Shown here: positions 37,837-51,200 of the stretch, one piece after another | Layout: each line of letters begins with the position of its first letter | Position numbering within the stretch: position 1 is the stretch's first letter | NCBI GenBank assembly: GCA_964057225.1 | Contig: OZ059894.1 | Span: 8,246,001 to 8,310,000, forward strand | Source: Auanema rhodensis | Taxonomy: Eukaryota > Animalia > Nematoda | Reading direction: 5' to 3' | Length of the DNA: 64,000 bases | The notes under the pieces: model-generated | Seen by the model: the letters and a program-made list of their open reading frames with translations, nothing else | Database searches by the model: none | What the model was told of the DNA's origin: nothing | Made by a program: the position numbers and the translations under genes

Positions 37837-38071
37837 GAGCCCACCCGGGAGCGAAACATTTTTGATTTCCACAGTTCAAATTAAGCTTCAAATTGAGCAA
37901 AATTAAAATTTTAATTCCTCTACTTACGATCTCATTCATAAATTTTCTAGAAGGATTGGATAAGATAGACCAGAACATCAGAAAATATGGATCATTGACT
38001 GATCTAAAACAGAAGTAGAAACTTCACAAGTCTAGATTGTTGAGTATATGTGCTTCCGTGGCGCAATAGGC

Positions 38072-38107
<36 letters not shown>

Positions 38108-38330
38108 GAGCCCACCCGGGAGCGAAATATTTTTGGTTTCCACAGTTCCAATTAAGCGAAATTAAAATTTTAATTCATCTACTTGCGATCTCATTCATAA
38201 ATTTTCTAGAAGGATTGGATAAGATAGACCAGAACATCAGAAAATATGGATCATTGACTGATCTAAAACAGAAGTAGAACCTTCACAAGTCTAGATTGTT
38301 GAGTATATGTGCTTCCGTGGCGCAATAGGC

Positions 38331-38366
<36 letters not shown>

Positions 38367-38601
38367 GAGCCCACCCGGGAGCGAAACATTTTTGATTTCC
38401 ACAGTTCAAATTAAGCTTCAAATTAAGCAAAATTAAAATTTTAATTGCTCTACTTACGATCTCATTCATAAATTTTCTAGAAGGATTGGATAAGATAGAG
38501 CAAAACATGAGAAAATTTGGATCATTGACTGATCTAAAACAAAAGTAGAAACTTCACAAGTCTAGATTGTTGAGTATATGTGCTTCCGTGGCGCAATAGG
38601 C

Positions 38602-38637
<36 letters not shown>

Positions 38638-38872
38638 GAGCCCACCCGGGAGCGAAATATTTTTGGTTTCCACAGTTCCAATTAAGCTTCAAATTAAGCA
38701 AAATTAAAATTTTTATTCATCTACTTACGATCTCATTCATAAATGTTCTAGAAGGATTGGATAAGATAGAGCAAAACATGAGAAAATTTGGATCATTGAC
38801 TGATCTAAAACAGAAGTAGAAACTTCACAAGTCTAGATTGTTGAGTATATGTGCTTCCGTGGCGCAATAGGC

Positions 38873-38908
<36 letters not shown>

Positions 38909-39131
38909 GAGCCCACCCGGGAGCGAAATGTTTTTGGTTTCCACAGTTCCAATTAAGCGAAATTAAAATTTTAATTCATCTACTTACAATCTCTTTCATA
39001 AATTTTCTAGAAGGATTGGATAAGATAGACCAGAACATCAGAAAATATGGATCATTGACTGATCTAAAACAAAAGTAGAAACTTCACAAGTCTAGATTGT
39101 TGAGTATATGTGCTTCCGTGGCGCAATAGGC

Positions 39132-39167
<36 letters not shown>

Positions 39168-39390
39168 GAGCATACCCGGGAGCGAAATATTTTTGGTTTC
39201 CACAGTTCCAATTAAGCGAAATTAAAATTTTAATTCATCTACTTACAATCTCTTTCATAAATTTTCTAGAAGGATTGGATAAGATAGACCAGAACATCAG
39301 AACATATGGATCATTGACTGATCTAAAACAGAAGTAGAAACTTCACAAGTCTAGATTGTTGAGTATATGTGCTTCCGTGGCGCAATAGGC

Positions 39391-39426
<36 letters not shown>

Positions 39427-39649
39427 GAGCCCACCCGGGAGCGAAATGTTTTTGGTTTCCACAGTTCCAATTAAGCGAAATTAAAATTTTAATTCATCTA
39501 CTTACAATCTCTTTCATAAATTTTCTAGAAGGATTGGATAAGATAGACCAGAACATCAGAACATATGGATCATTGACTGATCTAAAACAGAAGTAGAAAC
39601 TTCACAAGTCTAGATTGTTGAGTATATGTGCTTCCGTGGCGCAATAGGC

Positions 39650-39685
<36 letters not shown>

Positions 39686-39992
39686 GAGCATACCCGGGAG
39701 CGAAATATTTTTGGTTTCCACAGTTCCAATTAAGCGAAATTAAAATTTTAATTCATCTACTTACAATCTCATTCATAAATTTTCTAGAAGGATTGGATAA
39801 GATAGACCAGAACATCAGAAAATATGGATCATTGACTCATCTACTTACGATCTCATTCATAAATTTTCTAGAAGGATTGGATAAGATAGACCAGAACATC
39901 AGAAAATATGGATCATTGACTGATCTAAAACAAAAGTAGAAACTTCACAAGTCTAGATTGTTGAGTATATGTGCTTCCGTGGCGCAATAGGC

Positions 39993-40028
<36 letters not shown>

Positions 40029-40263
40029 GAGCCCACCCGGGAGCGAAATATTTTTGGTTTCCACAGTTCCAATTAAGCTTCAAATTAAGCAAAATTAAAA
40101 TTTTGATTCATCTACTTACGATCTCTTTCATAAATTTTCTAGAAGGATTGGATAAGATAGACCAGAACATCAGAAAATATGGATCATTGACTGATCTAAA
40201 ACAAAAGTAGAAACTTCACAAGTCTAGATTGTTGAGTATATGTGCTTCCGTGGCGCAATAGGC

Positions 40264-40299
<36 letters not shown>

Positions 40300-40522
40300 G
40301 AGCCCACCCGGAAGCGAAATATTTTTGGTTTCCACAGTTCCAATTAAGCGAAATTAAAATTTTAATTTATCTACTTACGATCTCATTCATAAATTTTCTA
40401 GAAGGATTGGATGAGATAGACCAGAACATCAGAAAATATGGATCATTGACTGATCTAAAACAAAAGGAGAAACTTCACAAGTCTAGATTGTTGAGTATAT
40501 GTGCTTCCGTGGCGCAATAGGC

Positions 40523-40558
<36 letters not shown>

Positions 40559-40781
40559 GAGCCCACCCGGGAGCGAAATATTTTTGGTTTCCACAGTTCC
40601 AATTAAGCGAAATTAAAATTTTAATTCATCTACTTACGATCTCATTCATAAATTTTCTAGAAGGATTGGATAAGATAGACCAGAACATCAGAAAATATGG
40701 ATCATTGACTGATCTAAAACAGAAGTAGAAACTTCACAAGTCTAGATTGTTGAGTATATGTGCTTCCGTGGCGCAATAGGC

Positions 40782-40817
<36 letters not shown>

Positions 40818-41040
40818 GAGCCCGCCCGGGAGCGAAATATTTTTGGTTTCCACAGTTCCAATTAAGCGAAATTAAAATTTTAATTCATCTACTTACGATC
40901 TCATTCATAAATTTTCTAGAAGGATTGGATAAGATAGACCAGAACATCAGAAAATATGGATCATTGACTGATCTAAAACAGAAGTAGAAACTTCACAAGT
41001 CTAGATTGTTGAGTATATGTGCTTCCGTGGCGCAATAGGC

Positions 41041-41076
<36 letters not shown>

Positions 41077-41299
41077 GAGCCCACCCGGGAGCGAAATATT
41101 TTTGGTTTCCACAGTTCCAATTAAGCGAAATTAAAATTTTAATTCATCTACTTACGATCTCATTCATAAATTTTCTAGAAGGATTGGATAAGATAGACCA
41201 GAACATCAGAAAATATGGATCATTGACTGATCTAAAACAGAAGTAGAAACTTCACAAGTCTAGATTGTTGAGTATATGTGCTTCCGTGGCGCAATAGGC

Positions 41300-41335
<36 letters not shown>

Positions 41336-41570
41336 GAGCCCACCCGGGAGCGAAATATTTTTGGTTTCCATAGTTCCAATTAAGCTTCAAATTAAGCAAA
41401 ATTAAAATTTTGATTCATCTACTTACGATCTCATTCATAAATTTTCTAGAAGGATTGGATAAGATAGACCAGAACATCAGAAAATATGGATCATTGACTG
41501 ATCTAAAACAGAAGTAGAAACTTCACAAGTCTAGATTGTTGAGTATATGTGCTTCCGTGGCGCAATAGGC

Positions 41571-41606
<36 letters not shown>

Positions 41607-41829
41607 GAGCCCACCCGGGAGCGAAATATTTTTGGTTTCCACAGTTCAAATTAAGCAAAATTAAAATTTTAATTCATCTACTTACGATCTCATTCATAAA
41701 TTTTCTAGAAGGATTGGATAAGATAGACCAGAACATCAGAAAATATGGATCATTGACTGATCTAAAACAGAAGTAGAAACTTCACAAGTCTAGATTGTTG
41801 AGTATATGTGCTTCCGTGGCGCAATAGGC

Positions 41830-41865
<36 letters not shown>

Positions 41866-42088
41866 GAGCCCACCCGGGAGCGAAACATTTTTGGTTTCCA
41901 CAGTTCCAATTAAGCAAAATTAAAATTTTAATTCATCTACTTACGATCTCCTTCATAAATTTTCTAGAAGGATTGGATAAGATAGACCAGAACATCAGAA
42001 AATATGGATCATTGACTGATCTAAAACAGAAGTAGAAACTTCACAAGTCTAGATTGTTGAGTATATGTGCTTCCGTGGCGCAATAGGC

Positions 42089-42124
<36 letters not shown>

Positions 42125-42347
42125 GAGCCCACCCGGGAGCGAAACATTTTTGATTTCCACAGTTCCAATTAAGCAAAATTAAAATTTTAATTCATCTACT
42201 TACGATCTCATTCATAAATTTTCTAGAAGGATTGGATAAGATAGACCAGAACATCAGAAAATATGGATCATTGACTAATCTAAAACAGAAGTAGAAACTT
42301 CACAAGTCTAGATTGTTGAGTATATGTGCTTCCGTGGCGCAATAGGC

Positions 42348-42383
<36 letters not shown>

Positions 42384-42606
42384 GAGCCCACCCGGGAGCG
42401 AAATATTTTTGGTTTCCACAGTTCCAATTAAGCAAAATTAAAATTTTAATTCATCTACTTACGATCTCATTCATAAATTTTCTAGAAGGATTGGATAAGA
42501 TAGACCAGAACATCAGAAAATATGGATCATTGACTGATCTAAAACAGAAGTAGAAACTTCACAAGTCTAGATTGTTGAGTATATGTGCTTCCGTGGCGCA
42601 ATAGGC

Positions 42607-42642
<36 letters not shown>

Positions 42643-42865
42643 GAGCCCACCCGGGAGCGAAATATTTTTGGTTTCCACAGTTCCAATTAAGCAAAATTAA
42701 AATTTTAATTCATCTACTTACGATCTCATTCATAAATTTTCTAGAAGGATTGGATAAGATAGACCAGAACATCAGAAAATATGGATCATTGACTGATCTA
42801 AAACAGAAGTAGAAACTTCACAAGTCTAGATTGTTGATTATATGTGCTTCCGTGGCGCAATAGGC

Positions 42866-42901
<36 letters not shown>

Positions 42902-43124
42902 GAGCCCACCCGGGAGCGAAACATTTTTGGTTTCCACAGTTCCAATTAAGCAAAATTAAAATTTTAATTCATCTACTTACGATCTCCTTCATAAATTTTC
43001 TAGAAGGATTGGATAAGATAGACCAGAACATCAGAAAATATGGATCATTGACTGATCTAAAACAGAAGTAGAAACTTCACAAGTCTAGATTGTTGAGTAT
43101 ATGTGCTTCCGTGGCGCAATAGGC

Positions 43125-43160
<36 letters not shown>

Positions 43161-43395
43161 GAGCCCACCCGGGAGCGAAACATTTTTGATTTCCACAGTT
43201 CAAATTAAGCTTCAAATTGAGCAAAATTAAAATTTTAATTCCTCTACTTACGATCTCATTCATAAATTTACTAGAAGGATTGGATAAAATAGACCAGAAC
43301 ATCAGAAAATATGGATCATTGACTGATCTAAAACAGAAGTAGAAACTTCACAAGTCTAGATTGTTGAGTATATGTGCTTCCGTGGCGCAATAGGC

Positions 43396-43431
<36 letters not shown>

Positions 43432-43654
43432 GAGCCCACCCGGGAGCGAAATATTTTTGGTTTCCACAGTTCCAATTAAGCGAAATTAAAATTTTAATTC
43501 ATTTACTTGCGATCTCATTCATAAATTTTCTAGAAGGATTGGATAAGATAGACCAGAACATCAGAAAATATGGATCATTGACTGATCCAAAACAGAAGTA
43601 GAAACTTCACAAGTCTAGATTGTTGAGTATATGTGCTTCCGTGGCGCAATAGGC

Positions 43655-43690
<36 letters not shown>

Positions 43691-43925
43691 GAGCCCACCC
43701 GGGAGCGAAACATTTTTGATTTCCACAGTTCAAATTAAGCTTCAAATTGAGCAAAATTAAAATTTTAATTCCTCTACTTACGATCTCATTCATAAATTTT
43801 CTAGAAGGATTGGATAAAATAGACCAGAACATCAGAAAATTTGGATCATTGACTGATCTAAAACAGAAGTAGAAACTTCACAAGTCTAGATTGTTGAGTA
43901 TATGTGCTTCCGTGGCGCAATAGGC

Positions 43926-43961
<36 letters not shown>

Positions 43962-43978
43962 GAGCCCACCCGGGAGCG
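33553..43978 (+). tRNA. trnN-GTT: Block of 40 tRNA-Asn(GTT) genes
   Basis: Manual count; the next copy (44177) is split by the Gypsy element. Confidence 0.95.
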
Positions 43979-44202
43979 AAACATTTTTGATTTCCACAGT
44001 TCAAATTAAGCTTCAAATTGAGCGAAATTAAAATTTTAATTCATCTACTTACGATCTCATTCATAAATTTTCTAGAAGGATTGGATAAGATAGACCAGAA
44101 CATCAGAAAATATGGATCATTGACTGATCTAAAACAGAAGTAGAAACTTCACAAGTCTAGATTGTTGAGTATATGTGCTTCCGTGGCGCAATAGGCAGCG
44201 CG

Positions 44203-44539
44203 CGTTCCGTTATGCTCTCACGTCGATCCTATAGACCAATAAAGCCTACAAGATGAGTGTGATAGTATTCCAGATGTAGCGGTAGATAAAGAGCATAATG
44301 GATAAACATAAGACTCGAGAAAGAAAGGTTTATTATGTCTACATGATTACAATAAGTTATATAAGTCTACATAAAGATATAAAGTGAAAGAGAGCTAAGA
44401 AAGGAAGACCAACCATCCATAGTCATTCCATAAGGCAAAGCTGAAGTCTGTGTTCCATATGAAGGGCGTGTCGTCCTCTCTCAGCCTCATGTCGTCTGAT
44501 TCTAACCCGCCTGCTACGTATTGATTTCCGAATGGAACG
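44203..44539 (-). repeat. 3' LTR (337 bp)
   Basis: Direct repeat of 55332-55668. Confidence 0.97.
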
Positions 44540-45239
44540 TGCCATTTTTTCGAGTTTATGTCGCGTCCTCGCGAATAGCAAAGTATGTGGCTTGTTTCAA
44601 TCGTAGCAGAAGGTTTAGTTTTAAAAAATAAAAATTACAATGTTAACATAAAAATAATAAAGATAAATTACAATATAATGTTAAACAATATTATCTGAAA
44701 AGAATTTAATAAAAATTATTTGAAAATACATGAATATTAAGGAATAAAACAATCTTTTAGAATACCAGGGCTATATTTTGTCAGCGAGAGTGCGCAAAAT
44801 AGCTTTTTTAGGCACGACGCTGCATGTCTAACTTGTTTGAGTATAGAGAAACGAGAGTCATGCTATATTATCGATGGAGCTAGCATGTTTCTTCAGCGTA
44901 TTCAAAGCGAATTGTAATAATAAAAAAAAAATTTAAACTAAATCCCATATAATCTCCGGAATTGAATCATTAACTACTTGATAAGGACTGTTGCTCAGAT
45001 GAATATGCAATATAATGTCTCTTATCTTTCATTTCTTCATTATTTACGGGAAATTATTTGAAATTGATGAAGTTTTATAATCATATATGCTTTGAAACTG
45101 AAATGCTTTTTGATTATTAGCTTACATCTCGTCTTACTCAAGTTTTTCAATGATATAATAATATTAATAGCTCTGGTTTTTTAAAAGAGTGTTGATACAA
45201 AGTTTTACAATAATTTTATCAATCTCGAAATTATTTCTT

Positions 45240-48200
45240 TCATCGTCTTCTTCTTGGTGGTAGCCAATTTTGGTCCGATGGGTCTTCTGGTTCTGTTTCT
45301 TCACTAGAGTCATAGTTATCGTTACCATTTATGACTTTTATGATCTCAATATCGCTGTCGTCGTCCGTGTCATAAATCGTTGTATTTGATCGCGTGTTTT
45401 GAGCGATTGTATGCTCCATTTTGCGATCAAAAAGTTTTAGATTGTCTTTGTGTACGTCTTGAATTTTTCCAAATGGATTCTTGAGTTGTACCATGTTTCC
45501 TTCAACGTTGATGACTTCAAATGGTCCGTCATATGATTTGCGAAGCTTTTGACCTGGTCTATGCGCTTTAATTGCTAACATAACATGGTCTCCTTTTCGG
45601 ATATCTCTTTCTTCTATTCGTTGTCGTCCATCATGTTTTCTCTTCGCGGTTTCTTGATGTTTTGCAAGATTTTCTTGAATGATGGTTCTTCTTTCTCCTC
45701 TGATATATTCGGTATTCTCAATTTCTTCCAAGATCTCTTGTTGTAATGTCTCGGGGAATAATTCTTTGTCTAATCTCATACGACTTTCTTTTCCGAATAA
45801 TGCTATGTATGGAGAGATTCCTGTGGTTGCGTGTGTTATTGTATTTAACGCAAAAGTAATTTTTGGTAAATACATGTCCCAATCAGTTACGTCTTCGTTG
45901 AGATAGTGTGTTAATCCTTCTTCTAGCGTTCTGTGTAGTCTTTCGACTTGTCCATTAGAGTTTTTCTGATGAGGGAGTGTTGGCTCGTGTTTAATGCCAA
46001 GTTTTTCACACATTTCTTCAAATTTCTTTGATACAAAATTAGATCCACGATCGGTTATTAAACGATTTGGTGGTCCAAAAATATATACGAAATTCCTGAG
46101 GAATCTATCAATGATGACATCGGTGACAATTGTTGGTATAGCGATGGTTGTCGCCCATTTGGAGAATGAATCTTGTATTGTTAGGACATAATTGTTGTTT
46201 CTTTTTGAAGTAGGGAATGGTCCCATAATATCCATATGTATTCTCTCAAATGGTTTTGATGGTATTTCAAATTGACCCATAGGCTGAACGGTCATAGCGT
46301 GAGGATCTTTCTTCCTTTGTGCGCATTTAACGCATTGTTTCACAAAAATTGCTATGTCCGTTTGCATATTTGTCCAGCTAAATCTTCGTAGTATGGCTTC
46401 TTTAGTTTTGTTAATTCCTTGATGTGCTCCAATTGCTGGGTCTTCGTGAAATTCTTCGATAACCTTGTTGATAAGTTCGCTTTCCCTTGGTAAAATCAAA
46501 GCTGGGTGTGGTCGTTTTCTGCTTGGTTTTGTGTATAACATGTTGTCAATAACACAATAACGATCATTAGAAAGCATGTTCTTTTTCGCTCTGTATTCTA
46601 TTTCGGCGATAGTTCTCTTTATCCAAGGTGTATCCTCTTGAATTGCTCTAATGTCAGGTACATTAACGAAATTAATTTGAGCTTTCGGAATTTCTTTTGT
46701 TTTCTTTTTCTTTTCCGGTTTAGGATCGTTTGCTTCATCTCCAATGTATCGTGAGAGAGCATCACAGACTTTGTTTAGTCTGCCTTCTCGGTATCTTATC
46801 TCGATATCGTATTCTTGTATGACTAATTGAAATTTTGCTAGTCTTCCAAAAAGGTCTCTACGAGTCAATAAGCTTGTTAATGGTCGATGGTCTGTGATAC
46901 AGATTGTATGTGATCCAAGTATATATGTTCGAAACTGAGCTAAAGCATATACGAGTCCTAACGCTTCTATTTCAATAGGAGCATAGTTACGTTCTGCTTT
47001 TACAAGTTTACGGCTTGCAAATGCAATTGGATGTAAGTTTTTGAGTGGTTCATTGGGATCTTCAGGTTGTAATAACACTGCTCCCACTGCGATATTACTA
47101 CCATCACTTTCTATAATGAACATACGGTCTGATCTTGGCGGTTTTAAGACCGGTGCTTGGATCAATTTTCTTTTTAGTGTATCAACAGCTTGTTGACTTT
47201 TGTCATTCCATTGAAATTCTACATCAAGTTTTGTAAGGTCGTATAAAGGGCTTGCGATGTGTGCAAAATCTTTAATAAATTTCCGAAAGAATCCTACCAT
47301 TCCCAAAAATGCTCTTACTCCTGTAGGTGACTTTGGAGCAGGATAGTCTTGAATGGCGGAGACTTTCTGTGGATCTGGTTTGACCCCATCTCTTCCGACA
47401 ATTAAACCAAGAAATTTTACTTCAGGTCTCGCAAAAGCGCATTTCTTGAGTTTTATTTTCATGCCTAATTTCTTTACTTCTCTGAGAATCTCAGCTATAT
47501 CGTCAAGATGTTGTTCTGCAGTGTCTGATATAACGAGTAGATCATCCAAATAAACAAAGAGTCGGCATTTACATCGGCTTTGAAGGTATCGTACTGCTGT
47601 TTGAAAGGTATGTGGCGCTCCACATAACCCCATAGGCATCCTTCTATATTGATAAGTACCGGTGTTTGTTGTAAATGCTGTTAATGGTCGATCTGATTTC
47701 TTTAATGCTATTTGGAAGAATCCGGATACTAAATCAAAGTTAGAAAAATATTGTGATCCGGCTGCCATATCGACAATGTCGGAGATGTTAGGTATGATGT
47801 ACGTTTGCTTGCGAGTGACGTTATTTAGAGCACGGAAATCGGTTACGAAACGGAATGTTTCATCTTTCTTTTTGACTAAAACTACAGGACTATTGAAAAG
47901 AGATGTGGATGGTTCAATTATATTTTGCTTCAGCATCTCCTGTACCTGTCTTTCGACTTCTTCTTGTTTGCCTATAGGGATACGCGTTATACGCGGTCTA
48001 GGCATGTCCATATCTGTTCTTAGAGGTATTGAATGCTCTACAGGTCCTTTAAATAGTCCTATTCGTTTATCCTCATTTAAAAATGCGTCTCTATTACGTA
48101 GAATACAAAGCTGAAGAAGATCTTTTTGTTCTTTAGTTAGGTCGGCGTCTTTCAAATCAAGATCGTTCATAAAGTCCTGAGGGAAATGAGGTAATTTATT

Positions 48201-51200
48201 TTCCCAATCCGCTTCGGGTGGTATATAGTCTGGATTGTGTTCGGTCGTAAAGATCTCGTATTGTGGCAGTACGCCTATTTTTGCTTTGTCAATAATGTTT
48301 CCGGGTGATAGATCTATAGGATGATCAGTGTTGTTTTTGAATGTCATGGTAATTGAATTGACGTCTCGAAATGCTGTTTCGTAGGTGGTAGATATCGTCT
48401 TTTCTTCATCGGGTTGTAGCATGGCGACTTCGTTGTGTGATATGGGTTCAGCTAACCTTACTGGTATTCTACAGGTCTGATGAGGAAAGATACATTGTGG
48501 ATTTAAATTTATCAAATTAATGACAAATGATGTTTTTCTAATATTCCCGTTATTTCCATTGGCTAACGGTACTACGCGGTTTCCGATTTCTAACGTTTGT
48601 TTGTATGGTCGAAGTTTCATACCGATATTTTGACGGTCGAGTGTTTTCATAAAATCTAATCCAATTAATGCTGGTGATGGACAGTCTTCATCTCTTGAAA
48701 TGAAGAATGTATGATCTATTTCATATCCAGCGATTTCTACGGTTAAATCAATTGTTCCCAGAAATCGAAATGCTGATCCGTTTGCTGTCGTTGCAACTGA
48801 TTTATCCTTTTTTACAAAATCATTCAAAGTTAAGTAATGTAATGTTGAGAGTCTGATATAACTAATCGATGATCCTGAATCCCAAAGAGTTAGGATTAGT
48901 CTATCGTTAACAGTCATCAATAGCAGTGGTAGAGTTTGGTCTTTGCGATTGGAAACTGAACAAACTATGGGCATAGCTAGTGGAACTAAAGTGAGAAACG
49001 ATGGATAGTACTGTTTCATTATGTTCCTTGGTATTGGCTGATCAGGTTGACTTACTAGCTCTAATGTTTCTTCATATGTGGGAAGATCGTTGGTTTGATC
49101 TCGGAGTTCGATATGCATGACTTGCATGCCTATTGGTTTGAAGAAATATATTTTCGCAACAAAGGCTAGTACGATCAGTATAACTACAATAATTGTAATT
49201 GCTCCAATAGTGATGAGTGTTCGTTCAATCGTTCCTGCTATTGTATCGACAAAAGAATTCCATGTACTTTTGGTGAATTCATTGGCTTTGGAGATGTAAT
49301 CACTACTTTTCTTCAATATGCTGAATGCTGATGATATTTTCGGATCATGATGAATTGTGTGAAGCACGTGATTTTGACGAATCGATGCTAAACTAGCACC
49401 ATAAGCAATGGCTGTTGTCATTGAGTACACTCGAGATGATAAGTTGGTGTATAAGTGTGCTCCGGTGAATTTTAATGGCGTGATCTTTTCATGATGAAGT
49501 CCGTCCCACATGGATATAAGACTGACGTCTACAGTACCATTAATTCCTTTCCATTCACCGTCTGTTGACCATACGTCTGTTGGTACGTGATCACAGTTAA
49601 TTTCTTTACCATGAGGTAATAGGTCTTTCGATCCTGGTGCGGCAAACAGTAATTGTCCTTCTTGTGTTAATACTGGAGTTTCGAGATAACATGTGCCATT
49701 CACAGTGTGATTGTGATATATAGTCTTTTGTAATACTACCGGGCAAACATGTATATGTAATATCTCGCTGCCTACAAATCTTGCGGCTATATCTTCTCTT
49801 CCCAGTATTGTACGCATAGCTATTGTTGGTTCGATTTGTAAAATTGATCTCCATAATTCAAGATACCTATTTTGGATCTCACATATTGATTCGTATGACT
49901 CTTTAAAATGTTTCTGCAGTTCTTCTTGAATCATAGTTGTAGCATATTGCAAATGATCTTGTGCAATTCTGCTTGTTATGTTTTGGCGAAACTGTTGTTC
50001 AGAGTCAACTTTTGTGGCAATGTATTGAGCATTAGCCTGTACAGACTCTATATCGGTGGCTGTAGGCGTTGATGATGCTCTATGTTTACGAATCAAAGAT
50101 ATTGGTGTATATGTAGTTTCTTCCATTATTGGAATTTGTTGATCTTGATGAACAGCGTAGAGAATAGTAGTTGGCGGCGCGCGGGTCGATATTGTTGCGC
50201 GCGCGGTTGTCGTTGCGGTTGTATGGCGCGCCGTTGTTTCGGGCTGGGCCATCGATGAAGGCGCGCGCGCGGTAGTTGCTGCGGCTGCCCGAGGGCTTGT
50301 AGATGTTTGCGGCAGTATTGCGGGATCTGTTGTGATCGGCGCCTCACGATCGATTATAGGGAGGGCTGCCATCTCGGCCGCGCCGCCTGCCGCGTTGCTT
50401 GGCGCACGCGTCGTGGTTTGCAACGATTTAAGTTGGATTTTCTCTGTCATTAATCTTTTTAACTGTTCTGATGATATTCTACTAGATGTATTAGGCAAAA
50501 TATTATCGTTTAGTAGTGGTAAAAATATTTCCAATAATAAGTCCTTAGAGATGTTGTTGGGCTCTATGAGCTTGGGATGTGGTCCAATTGGTATTCCAAA
50601 ATTATTCTTGATGTCATAGAACAATTTATCAGTATCAAGTACAAACATTCGTGAAGATGGAAGGTTTATAAATTTTATATCATCAATATCAGCTGCTGTT
50701 TTATTTCTTCTAAGCGTAACGAGAGTTTTTAGCTCATGTACAAGGTCAATTGTATCTTTTATAAATTTGCTGTTTCTTTCTTCTTGATCAGTTAATAATT
50801 GTTTCCTTATTGGTGGCATTTTTACGAATGCTTTCAATATTTCTTGTCTTGATGGAACTGTTAATTTGTCTTCAATTATAACTGGTGTATTGGCTAAATC
50901 AAGAGCAATAGTTTCAGCACGCTCTCGATAAGTGCCTTCTTTTGTACGAATTAACCGATCAAATTCAATAACGGTCAAACGATCTGATATTTGTTGAAGA
51001 AGTTGCCTGGATGTTAAATAAGATATTCCAGCTTTAGTAGCTAAAGCTAATTCTCTTTGAGCAACATATTGTAAAATGGCTTCGTCTTTATCACGGAAAT
51101 CATATTGTTTGAGAAAATGTCTTAAAGATTTCTCATAAATTTGAATTTTAAAGAAAAATTCAAAATTTTCACGATGGGCTATTATCCATTCTTTCAAGGA

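Noticed and set aside
44199-44202. Strict Ty3-like position-specific integration at the Pol III start site
   Set aside because: Sites vary across the gene body and spacer; none lies at the transcription start.
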